Source: Laetmonice hystrix
Taxonomy: Eukaryota
NCBI GenBank assembly: GCA_965235115.1
Contig: OZ249436.1
Coordinates: 52,700,001 to 52,764,000 of the forward strand
DNA: 64,000 nucleotides
Direction: 5' to 3'
Shown here: piece after piece, positions 51,433 to 62,656 of the stretch
Layout of the letters: each line of letters starts with the position of its first letter
How positions within the stretch are numbered: position 1 is the first letter of the stretch
The notes under the pieces: generated by a model
Told to the model about the DNA's origin: nothing
The model's input: only the letters and a program-made list of their open reading frames with translations
The model's database searches: none
Program-made: the position numbers and the translations under genes

Positions 51433-51705
51433 GTATTGGATTCGAAATATAATATTCGGGGTATAACAAAACCCCTATTTGATCCTGGCATGGTCACTTT
51501 CTTCAAGACTGCATGGATGCTGGAAGCCACTAGTCTAAGATCAGGATAGTTGTTTAATGTATACATACACCTTAAATTGTGTATGAAAATTCAGCTGCTG
51601 CTGTGCCACGTTTCTGAACATTCATGCCCGAAATTATATGAATTAAGACGGCCTTATCTTTAATAAGACTGCCATCGTTTAAACTGATCAATGTCATCGT
51701 TTCAG
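51433..51705 (+). other. Candidate 5'-UTR intron of the kinase gene (273 bp)
   Basis: Donor TAAG|GTATTG, branch-like ACTGATC, acceptor tcatcgtttcAG; a further strong acceptor ctttctcttcgttttccAG at 51243-51244. Confidence 0.35.
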
Positions 51706-51915
51706 CTGATGAAGTGGAGTAATATTACATCGGCGACTGCCAGAATGACCAGCCACTGGAAGCATTCAAATTAGCACAGCCGCCATGTGCATGATGGCAT
51801 CCACAACACGCCAGCGATGGCCGAGCCACACGTTTGTAACGTTGGTCATCGACGGTAGGCCTACTGGAAGTCCGTAATTCATGTTTGGTGACTGTCGCCC
51901 ATACGCCCAGCCAAC

Positions 51916-52977
51916 ATGAGACTTCAGAAGGATGAAGGGGTGACCATGGTGTTTCCCCTCAACCCCGACTGTTCCCCGCGAAGCAGTGTCTCAGACAGTC
52001 TCTGTCAACAGGACTTGGCCGACCATTATTCGGTCATGAAGGAGTTGGGCTCAGGAACATACGGTAAGGTTCTACTTGCCGAATGTCGCCATACCAACAC
52101 TAAGGTTGCCCTCAAAGTTTTGCCCAAGTCCTCCACGAAATTGAAAGACTTCTTACGTGAATTCAACTTCAGCTATTACCTTTCTCCACACAGAGCCATT
52201 TTGAATACATACGACGTGGCGTTTGAGACACCCACGTCGTACGTGTTTGCCCAGGAGCACGCCCCCCTGGGCGATTTGTTCGAGACCATAACGCCTCAAG
52301 TTGGACTCCCCGAACATTACACGAAAAATGTCGCCAAACAAATTACTTCAGCTCTCGAATTCATGCACAGTAAAAATCTTGTTCATCGGGACATTAAACC
52401 AGAGAATATATTGATATTTGATGAGGGATTCAACAAGATTAAACTCATGGACTTTGGCATGACAAAGAAGGTGAACACAATGGTAAGGAAGGTGAGCACT
52501 GGAATTCCATACACTCCGCCAGAAATATGTGAGGCAATAAAAGGGGAACGTTATTCAGTAGAGTTGAGTGCCGACGTGTGGGCGTTTGCCGTGTTGATAT
52601 TTTGTACGCTGACTGGTAACTTTCCGTGGGAGCTTGCCTGTGAAAAAGACGTCTTCTTCGGCGAATTCATCATGTGGCAAAAACGAAAGACAACCAAAAT
52701 CCCATCCCAGTGGAAAAAGTTTACGCCGCGGGCGTTACGACTATTTCGGCGAATGCTGGAACCGAAATCCGAACGGCGGTGTGCCATTCGTGAGGTTCAT
52801 AAGTATCTGGACGATGATTGGTTGGCCGTTACGTCACGGTCGTCCGAGGACGTCACCGACGCCGACTCGGATCCCATGGACGAACTGAACGCCATGCTCG
52901 AGAAGCACGGCATAGACACAAAAGTGAGCAAACGGCTTCGAGAGCGGCGAATATCGGAATGGGTGCTGGCGACGTGA
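51916..52977 (+). CDS. SBK1: SH3-domain-binding kinase family Ser/Thr kinase (SBK1 / meng-po-like), 353 aa, single coding exon
   Basis: All kinase motifs (LGSGTYGKV, VALK, HRDIKPEN, DFG, PPE, DVW) plus SBK-diagnostic segments KLKDFLREF, FET..SYVFAQE.AP.GDLF...PQVGLPE, FCTLTGNFPWE, IPSQWKKFT..ALR.F; CAACATG start context with an upstream in-frame stop at 51889. Confidence 0.95.
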   Translation: MRLQKDEGVTMVFPLNPDCSPRSSVSDSLCQQDLADHYSVMKELGSGTYGKVLLAECRHTNTKVALKVLPKSSTKLKDFLREFNFSYYLSPHRAILNTYDVAFETPTSYVFAQEHAPLGDLFETITPQVGLPEHYTKNVAKQITSALEFMHSKNLVHRDIKPENILIFDEGFNKIKLMDFGMTKKVNTMVRKVSTGIPYTPPEICEAIKGERYSVELSADVWAFAVLIFCTLTGNFPWELACEKDVFFGEFIMWQKRKTTKIPSQWKKFTPRALRLFRRMLEPKSERRCAIREVHKYLDDDWLAVTSRSSEDVTDADSDPMDELNAMLEKHGIDTKVSKRLRERRISEWVLAT

Positions 52978-53235
52978 CTGAGGTGGACGGCTGCAGGAGC
53001 CCGGTCGTCGTGCGGAATGTGCTGCTCCAGGTCCCGTCGTCCGGATGAGGGAGACGGGGATCCTCACCAACTGGAGGGGCCTGCCACCGCCGCCGTCCTG
53101 GAGCAGCTGGTCCTGGCGCATCCACCCATCAATGTGCATCGGGCGGCAGAATCCATAGACATGGCAGTGATCTTAGGCGACGCAGTGTCCGGGCAGCTCT
53201 TCTCTGACGACCAGAGTCCTCTGCTGAGTGAGTGA
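52978..53235 (+). other. Candidate in-frame C-terminal readthrough extension of the kinase (85 codons)
   Basis: TGA-CTG stop context, frame open to TGA at 53233-53235, G/C-ending codons, GC content drops right after 53235. Confidence 0.4.
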
Positions 53236-53392
53236 CACAAATAATGCCTACAGTACCCAATCGATACGTGCTTCAACTAAGCGGATTCACTTTTTTAATA
53301 CGGCATCGACGTCTCGACTTGGAAAGAAAAGGTTATGACATATAAAATTATCTTTTTTCCCCTTAAAACGGGTATCTCGGGCCTGGTTATTC

Positions 53393-53398
53393 AATAAA
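53393..53398 (+). terminator. Candidate polyadenylation signal AATAAA
   Basis: First canonical hexamer I found after the kinase ORF. Confidence 0.35.
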
Positions 53399-53920
53399 AT
53401 AGGTTGAACAAGTACCTTGAGGACTGTTGTTGAAACCGATTGACATTTCCTTACTCCTGATGGCGTAGAAAGGACCTAGAAATAAGAATTCCTGTGCCCT
53501 TAAACCAATACTGAATGTCGCCTTTTCACTGCGTGTGTTGTAAGCAAATGGGAACAGTTTTCATAACATAGGAAGCGGTGGTGAACCGTTTCAAGTTTAC
53601 AGCAGTGAACATACCACAATCAGCATTAGTTTAGGGTAGAATTGTCTGTTCCAGGATCCGTTTAGATAAGAAAATCAGCATTTGGTACTTATTTTATACC
53701 AGGCCCAATTTCTTTGTCTTGCAGAGGTGAATTTTGGTTTTGCTGTGCATGAATATGTAGGACAGAAGTAATCGAGTTTCTGGCATCAGGTTTTCGACCA
53801 AGTCCCAAATTAATAAGTTTCTGTGTTGTTGTATATGGTTTACACGAACGGATGTCAATGTTCTTGCCACGCTAAAACATGAGAAATTGGTGATATCAAA
53901 ATAAGGAGGAATTGCTGTCC

Positions 53921-55285
53921 ACTCAGCGAGGGTTGTGAGTCTAAAGCATGTTGTCTGACAGAAGTGTGACTGACTCAGCGAGGGTTGTGAGTCTAAAGCA
54001 TGTTGTCTGACAGAAGTGTGACTGACTCAGCGAGGGTTGTGAGTCTGACAGAAGTGTGACTGACTCAGCGAGGGTTGTGAGTCTAAAACATGTTGTCTGA
54101 CAGAAGTGTGACTGACTCAGCGAGGGTTGTGAGTCTGACAGAAGTGTGACTGACTCAGCGAGGGTTGTGAGTCTGACAGAAGTGTGACTGACTCAGCGAG
54201 GGTTGTGAGTCTGACAGAAGTGTGACTGACTCAGCGAGGGTTGTGAGTCTGACAGAAGTGTGACTGACTCGGCGAGGGTTGTGAGTCTGACAGAAGTGTG
54301 ACTGACTCAGCGAGGGTTGTGAGTCTGACAGAAGTGTGACTGACTCAGCGAGGGTTGTGAGTCTGACAGAAGTGTGACTGACTCAGCGAGGGTTGTGAGT
54401 CTGACAGAAGTGTGACTGACTCAGCGAGGGTTGTGAGTCTGACAGAAGTGTGACTCACTCAGCGAGGGTTGTGAGTCTGACAGAAGTGTGACTGACTCAG
54501 CGAGGGTTGTGAGTCTGACAGAAGTGTGACTGACTCAGCGAGGGTTGTGAGTCTGACAGAAGTGTGACTGACTCAGCGAGGGTTGTGAGTCTAAAACATG
54601 TTGTCTGACAGAAGTTGTGAGTCTGACAGATGTGTGACTGACTCAGCGAGGGTTGTGAGTCTGACAGAAGTGTGACTGACTCAGCGAGGGTTGTGAGTCT
54701 AAAACATGTTGTCTGACAGAAGTTGTGAGTCTGACAGATGTGTGACTGACTCAGCGAGGGTTGTGAGTCTGACAGAAGTGTGACTGACTCAGCGAGGGTT
54801 GTGAGTCTGACAGAAGTGTGACTGACTCAGCGAGGGTTGTGAGTCTGACAGAAGTGTGACTGACTCAGCGAGGGTTGTGAGTCTGACAGAAGTGTGACTG
54901 ACTCAGCGAGGGTTGTGAGTCTGACAGAAGTGTGACTGACTCAGCGAGGGTTGTGAGTCTGACAGAAGTGTGACTGACTCAGCGAGGGTTGTGAGTCTGA
55001 CAGAAGTGTGACTGACTCAGCGAGGGTTGTGAGTCTGACAGAAGTGTGACTGACTCAGCGAGGGTTGTGAGTCTGACAGAAGTGTGACTGACTCAGCGAG
55101 GGTTGTGAGTCTAAAGCATGTTGTCTGACAGAAGTGTGACTGACTCAGCGAGGGTTGTGAGTCTAAAGCATGTTGTCTGACAGAAGTGTGACTGACTCAG
55201 CGAGGGTTGTGAGTCTGACAGAAGTGTGACTGACTCAGCGAGGGTTGTGAGTCTAAAGCATGTTGTCTGACAGAAGTGTGACTGA
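53921..55285. repeat. 38/52-bp minisatellite (ACTCAGCGAGGGTTGTGAGTCT[AAAGCATGTTGTCT]GACAGAAGTGTGACTG), roughly 33 copies
   Basis: Read directly; long units mostly at both ends, short units dominate the middle. Confidence 0.96.
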
Positions 55286-57747
55286 TGAGGTGGACTGCTG
55301 GATGACATATTTTTCGGTCGCTACAGTGCTTGGCTTTGACCACTGTAGTCAGTTTACGATTATGTGAGAATATGGGAAGTGTAAAGACATCATGTCGAAT
55401 CATTGCCATTCTGTTTAAAGATTGGCTTGTTCGTGTTGATATAATCGTAGCCAATATGCAATCATTTCCTTTCGAATGGTCGGCTCTACTGTTGATACAG
55501 TTAGCAGTAAAACATGAGTTTTCTTAATTAAAGGCGATACTGCACGAACGTGTGTATTCTAATGCTTGGCAGTGTGTCCCGTCTTTTCGTAAACGTCTGG
55601 ACAGCAGGAGTGTTTGGCAAAGCAACCTGGTGAAGTTAGACAACACGTATCATGTAGAATATAGACAATATTCTTATAAACATGTACTTGTAACCCGACT
55701 GTATATTGTGTTAGCAAAAAACTAGCTTTCAGGTACAACAGTAGGCAGTACAACCCAGCCCCACCCATTCACGTAGTGTATATATACTGCCCACAAGGGT
55801 GGGGTCGGGAGGCACCTAAAGCCGTGAAATCCAATAACTAAGTGATAGGCAGGGTACTTGAGATATGGCATCTTTCCGTCCTACGGCCTTCGTGTATAGG
55901 AGGAGAGTCTACTGTCTCCCGCGAGACTCAACATAACCGCAAGTGCTACCGACCAAACCCATGATCATCGGTCTAACCCGGGCACCTCACCCCACCGAAC
56001 GTTTACAGGAACCCGACCTCCCGACCCGCAGCGGGCAATGTCTGCTCCAGGGGGTGGAGCACCCTCCGTTCTGGTAGTTCAGAGGGTCACACTCATGCTT
56101 AATCTATAATGCACCTGTATCTGCCGTGTCCATCGGGGGCAAAATCAATGCTCGCGGAGCGTGTGAGGCAGGGTGCCCTCGGTGCTGTGGTAATACCAGC
56201 GATATACAATATATTACCCGATCAAGCCGACGGGTGTATGTAATATTGACAAAGCTGCATGCACACAACGGTAGACAGACGTGCCGTTTTCCAAATAAAT
56301 CTACCAGCCCGACAGTCGGGGGACCAGCTACCAGAACAGCGTTTGGTACCACACGGTATCCACTATAGGCAATGAAGACAGTTCCTTATAATCCATAGAC
56401 AATAATATCGTGGGTGTGTATTAGACTTCTGGTATACTGTACCATATTATAATGTGATAAATATAAACGCGCTATATACAAGAGTATACAACAGACAGTT
56501 GGTAGATTGTAATCGGTACGATATGCAATGATGCTTAGATTACTAGCGGCTGCCCAATTTGGTGGTCAATCCGACAGCCTGAATATAGTAACGCAAACGT
56601 ATGTGTGCCATTGCCATTTTGCGAGGCGTATTTTCCATATATTAATGTAGAGATAGCGTGGTACGGTAGCCGTTCCCACTAGTCTAGTCCGAGTTAATCG
56701 ATAGGCAATCAACATGTTCCCCAAATGGCCGTTTTCATGCACAAGGACAGCAAGCTGAGGGATAAGGGGAGGGAGGTGGTGTTAGCATCGGATCAGGACA
56801 AGGGCCCGGTATTCCAAAACTGAAGTTCTCTCTTAAACTCACCATGGCTGTAGCCAGAAGGGCGGGTCTTGCCTCATCCAAAATCTGGGAAGGTCCAAAA
56901 CGTCCAACTTTTCCAAGATTCTTGAATTACGTAGATATGTATGAACTTTTGTTCCTCAAACTGATCTCGGACAAGATGTCAGCCAATGCCGTTAGTCATA
57001 CACTTTTGAGAATTATTTTCGCGGGGTTTTGAAAAGGTCCAGAATTCCAGAAATGTGTTCCCCGCTACGAATCTGCCCGAGCCTCAGGTCTTTCTGTCCT
57101 AGTTCTCCGCAAACCGTCTCGGGAAGACTGTTTCTGGGGCGGTCTACCTGTTTTGAGGCAAAACTGATTAACGGTTAAAACACTTATAGATTTAATTACT
57201 TCCCCTTGACGTCATGCACGCAAGACTATGACAAATGCGTAACAGTCTCCGTTACGAAACCTGGTGAACTGTAAGTGCTAACATTTCGGCAATTTTATCA
57301 TTTAGATTTGAATTGTTTTTCTCTATATGGATGATAATTGCATACGGGAGTGTGCACTCTGTTGCTCTCATCTTGCGTCTACACATTACATTTCAATGGT
57401 GCCTCGAGGAAAAGTTCAATTTATAAGGTTGGTCAATTTTGGCATAGCTTTTGTTGAGTTCTTGCTGTACATTTTCATGCGTCAAGAACTTCAAACCTCT
57501 TCCACGTCGACAACATTATTATTAAAAAGATTATTTTGCGAAGAATGACGTCATTAATGACGAAACCGGTCAAGCAGTGTTAATGACAGCGCCACCCGAG
57601 TCCCTCTGTTTGCATTGAGCCTGTATCCAATTGCAAGAACGCCTTAGTGATATTGAATGTAGAACCACAGCAGTACATGTATCAATGTATGGATTGTTGT
57701 AGATCTATTATACTGATGTGAACGCCAGTATTAATGTTAGAACAGCT

Positions 57748-58131
57748 AGTGAACGTGTCTGCACTGCTGTACCGACAGGAACACCAGTCATAAAGATAGA
57801 GAGTTAGTGCACTTATGTCTGAACTGCTGTACCGACAGGAACACCAGTCATAAAGATAGAGAGTTAGTGCACTTATGTCTGAACTGCTGTACCGACAGGA
57901 ACACCAGTCATAAAGATAGAGGGTTCGTGCACTTGTGTCTGAACTGCTGTACCGTCAGGAACACCAGTCATAAGGATAGAGGGTTAGTGCACGTGTGTCT
58001 GAACTGCTGTACCGTCAGGAACACCAGTCATAAGGATAGAGGGTTAGTGCACGTGTGTCTGAACTGCTGTACCGTCAGGAACACCAGTCATAAGGATAGA
58101 GGGTTAGTGCACTTGTGTCTACACTGCTGTA
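57748..58131. repeat. 60-bp minisatellite, about 6 copies
   Basis: GAACTGCTGTACCGWCAGGAACACCAGTCATAARGATAGAG.. repeats on a 60-nt register; explains the 20-aa periodic ORF at 57807. Confidence 0.95.
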
Positions 58132-59489
58132 TTTTTATCCGCTAGCCTTGTGTTGAGATGGCTGACATAAAGCGGGTCTGGGGATAGCCTAGTGCCATGA
58201 TAAACGAGCAAGGCTTCAACCGCCGCCGGGGCGGCAGTGGCCGCCGTACAGACAGATAGGCCCGAACAGAACCCCCCCCCCCCCGGACCAGGGTCCCCTT
58301 GCCCCCCCCCCCCCCCTACACCACCGCCATTTCTCTCCCCATGTCGGGGCCGGAGCCACACGCCAGGCCATCAGGGCGGGAAGAGAACGTTCACTCTGAA
58401 GCAGGCCCTATGATAGATAGAATGGGTACTGAATGCAGTCCATTTCTGCTGACCGACTTGTTCACAGGCCCCCGGGGTAGTTAACATCTCCAGGGTATCC
58501 AGGTACAGACTCCCGGCTTTGTTGGAGCGGGAGGGGGCAGTACCGGACACCCATGTGCCCTTCCTCCACAGGAGTGTTCTTACTAACTTCACCACGCTCT
58601 ATCCTCATCTTCGCTCCTGCTGCTACCTTTGATCTTTGAGCGAAACCAGAGATGAGCCGTTTTGAATTAAGAGATAAACTAGCAAAAATAAACTGCTTAA
58701 CAAACGTGTGCCTTTGCAACGTTCATGCAGGAAACCACCACCTCGTTCGCCGATCAGTCTAGCCAACGCCACACGGTAGATGCGTTGTACATAACTTGTA
58801 GTGAAGCAATATGCTACTACTGTATATCGGAGCTTCTTGAAGAAAGTAAGCTGTGTGTATCGTTGATCAGTGTAGTAGTGTGAAAAGGCGAGTAAAAATT
58901 GACACTGATTAGGTGTACATGACAGGGTGTACATGTGTATATGATAGGGTTTACACATAAAGTATGTTTCACATGGCGGCAGCATGCTGCATCGAAATGG
59001 AATTCCGGACGTGAACAAGGTCAAAATTTGAATTTAAATATTCTGATCTGGAACGGAAGTGATTTCCACCCGTGTTGTGAGTTCAGTATTAACAAGTTGA
59101 CTGAGGAGAGGATATTGTAAACCATAGGAAATATAGAATGGAAAGGGTTTTGCATTTTTAGAGGCTACATAGAACGATACTCACTGCATGATAAAACGCA
59201 AGCAGAATTAAGTGTACGTAAAACTTTGGTGATACTCTAATGGAAGGTATTGAGGAAGACACACAAGTATGACGTCACGTCTGTGACAAGAGTCGCGCGG
59301 ATGACCGCCTTGTGAAATGGTCTCGAGCATTTTGTATGCATTTGTATCATGAGGGGATGTTCTGACACCAACACAGGTGTTGACGCATGCGTAGCCGTTT
59401 TCCAAGTGGACAGTGTGTCCACCCTATATAATAGTCCAAACTGCTAGGACGTGCGACGTTATTTAGAACACTGACTTAGGGCATGGTTT

Positions 59490-59640
59490 TAGGTCGTATA
59501 AAATCAGCACAATCTTAAGACTGAAAACATGTGTCAGGGCTTCTGGTTGGTTGGACAAGTGTAGTCGTCCAATCAAAAGCCACGAGACATTATGGTTTGA
59601 GTCTTAAGATTGGGCACATTGTACGAAAGAAACAGACCTA
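59490..59640. mobile_element. Degenerate palindromic MITE
   Basis: AATCTTAAGACT (59511-59522) inverted at 59600-59611; inner GGCTT..TTGGAC / GTCCAATCAAAAGCC pair. Confidence 0.55.
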
Positions 59641-60720
59641 GGAGTGTTTTCAAGACTGAATATTTGTCAACCAGATAATATTAGCATATTTGATACACGG
59701 TGCTAATGGCTGCAGTTGTAATCATAATATTACAGAAGGATATTTCACCATCTGCACGTCATATTTGTATATGTTTTGTAAATTACGAATAAAAACATAC
59801 TTTACTAATACATCTCATTGTTTCATTATTTTAGTATAATGCCGGCCGTTTCTATACTGTCTCTTTCGTTCTTATAATCCCCAATCTCGAAGGGATCTTA
59901 AACGATGGCTGCATAACGTTCCACAATATAACTTTGCTTGGCCTACCTTAGAAGGCGCCATTACGGTGACGTACAATTTACCCTCGAAACATCTGTTTCT
60001 ATCATGTCGCTAACCTATCCTGATTCACCTTTAGAAGATTGCAGAGTACTACGATAACATTGGGTAGTGTTCCGATAAACCAAGTAAACAATGGCTTATC
60101 ATAGATCTAATTTTGGAGCATTCTTTATAACGGTATTGAATCAATCAGATTCTAAATCAGGAAAAGCAAACAGTATTATGTCATATCCCGTGACCTGTCG
60201 GCAGGCGGGATTCAGCACACATCGACACACACGTCATCGGCAGTGTGTCGCTGGTCGGTCAAGCGTTCTGCTGACGTCACAGCGAAGCCAGCGTGAAAAG
60301 ACGCACGGGAAGTTCCGTCATAGAGGCGGGGACGGTGTTTCCGTGACCTGCTCTTAGGTGTTCCTCGCTCGTCAATCATGTCTATTTCCAGGTCTCCGAA
60401 AGTGCGTATTTAGCAACCCCAACAGGACCACGGCACATCGACTACGTGCGGTGCTATTCATAGAGACGTGCCAAGATAAATATAGAAATGTTGTTAGAAC
60501 GCCCATCCATCACTGGCTTCCTCTGACCACTCAGGTCTCGGGTAGACATGAATTGTGATAGCTGTCTATTTACACGGACAAATAGACAAGGAATAAAACA
60601 CATTTCCCACACCTGCTACAAGACGTTCGTAAAAGTCTTTGTTTTCAAGACGATTTCTTGTCTTATTGACAGAAAATATATTATTTATTACAAATTCACT
60701 GAAAGGCTCTAGGGACTTTA

Positions 60721-61003
60721 AGCCGGGTCTGGACGATAGGTTTTTCCCACAGGTTTCTGCAATACGTTTTTCCTTTAGATCAATTGACATCCCTGTACAC
60801 ACGGTAGGATTATCTCATAGGTTTTATATCACCCATAGGTCTGACCTGGTGAAATAGAACATGTTCTATTTCATACGACAATTCTTAGCACCAGATGACC
60901 TCAGAAAATCGTATCCTAGCATTGGTACACACGCTATGTTATCCTTTGAGACAGACCTATAGGTTATGACTTATGGGGAAAAACCTATCGTGTAGACCAG
61001 GCC
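60721..61003. mobile_element. 283-bp Harbinger-like MITE with central 24-bp palindrome
   Basis: TIR GCCKGGTCT..ACGATAGGTTTTTCCC; TGAAATAGAACATGTTCTATTTCA at 60850-60873 lies at the element midpoint. Confidence 0.8.
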
Positions 61004-62234
61004 AAAAATGGGTGCTTCGGAGCTTGATATATTGTCGTCGGTAGAAAGTCGCGAATCGACCATCTATATTTTAAATGACTGACCCGAACGCTGCGTAGCA
61101 ACATTATTTGTCTTAGATTGCAAGTCCTCAACCAATGAAAATGTTGGAAGCTCTCGACCGTCTGGTTAACAGAGAAAGAACTAATATTGTACTCTTGTCA
61201 ATAACACGCGCTCGAAATTAGAAAATTTTATTAATGATGACTTGTTGTTTTAATGAGTCTATATATAGGCAGTTAATAGCTTTTGATAACTAACTATAGC
61301 CTATTTCCTACGTAGCGGGGTAAAACAAGCGCCATGCTTATTGGATGGCGCCAGTGGATTCGATAATGTGGAGCAGATATCTCTGTGATAAAAACATCTT
61401 AAGCTTTGCCAACTACAATGAGAAATATGATACATGTGCTCGAAAAGTGGTTACAACTATGAAAAATAACGATATTCTTGTACTGTACTTCTACTTGCGT
61501 CACTAAAAGCAAACAATCCTTCCATTAATTCCAAAGTTTCCATAACCAAAAAAGTAAAAGTATTGTTGTCAGTGCAACGTGTCTCTTTATAGCGTTATTT
61601 TCTCGATCATACTCTCGGAGGCGATGGCGTTTATCTTGTATTGATTGCGAGTGGGGAGCGAGCGCTCCGTACAACATGATCCACTTGTTTCTACCACACC
61701 TGTCCTATTATCGAGTAATTATGCCAAGTAATGACAAGGTTGGTTCTCTCAGCGTCGTCTCAGATCACTCACTTTGTCGCCAGATTTTATGCGATCCAAG
61801 TACACAGGCTAATTAGTGCTCATAATGAGAGCCAGCAGTGTAATTCGAGGCCAGTGTTTCTACAAGGCAAGTTTCCGATGAAAGATAATTCCGTTGCCAC
61901 GGTGTCGTGCTCTGCGGGTAAGAGGCTGAGAACACCAAGGGCTAACCGTATTACGTTAATTAAATTTTTCATTGTAAATCGTGGGGAACGTTTTCATCGA
62001 AAGGCTGCGTTTTACGGGTGCCAACAGAATGCTGGTAAACGTGAGGTTTCACTAAAGTCCTCACTGTATGCACGTGTTTAACACTCGCTGCAATATTGCC
62101 AAATACTACTTTGCCCCTTTGCATTTGTCCAATGTACCTAATTCCGTTACCATTGCTCAATAATTCCATTCTTCTTTACTTCTGCTGTTAGTTGTCATTA
62201 CAAGGTGTTGATTTACTGTAACTTGATACACACC

Positions 62235-62656
62235 TAGCCTGGTCCCCTGTGCCTACCAGACGCATCCGCTATGTTAGGCCAGGTGATGACTAACCAAAAG
62301 CCGCGAAACGGAAGTGAGTAAAGTCCAAGCACTTCCGCTTCCGTTCCGTTGGTCAGCGTCAACAGAGTGCCCGACCTCTGCTTGAGAGTGGCCGGGAGTG
62401 GCCAACATGCCCATTCGTATGCAGACCGTAGCAGGTGTGGGGATCGATGACGCTATGTTTACATCCAGAAAAGCGAGGATATTTAACACTTGTATTTTAA
62501 AGGGATTAACGAAAATATCTGTATCTTGTTGGAGAAATACGGAGGGTACGGAACTACCTCGTTTGCGTCCATGTTTTCGATGGGCCAATCACAGTGCTCG
62601 CTTCGATTAGCCTTCACAAGGCTCTATATATAGTGTTTAGACCGGGGACCAGGCTA
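62235..62656. mobile_element. 422-bp MITE with TAG termini and 10-bp TSD (GATACACACC)
   Basis: TIR TAGCCTGGTCCCC / GGGGACCAGGCTA; GATACACACC at 62225-62234 and 62657-62666. Confidence 0.9.

Noticed and set aside
52975-52977. UGA as selenocysteine
   Set aside because: No SECIS recognised by eye and not a redox-motif position; only a SECIS search could reopen this
52551-53276. Overlapping antisense and alternate-frame ORFs on the kinase
   Set aside because: Typical shadows of a GC3-biased coding region; the frame-shifted VTEVDGCRSPVVVRNVLLQVPSSG peptide has no clear route to translation
56843-57075. Another CA-GG MITE (CATGGCTGTAGCCAG ... CCCGCTACGAATCTG)
   Set aside because: Termini match poorly and no TSD is readable; probably real but not supportable
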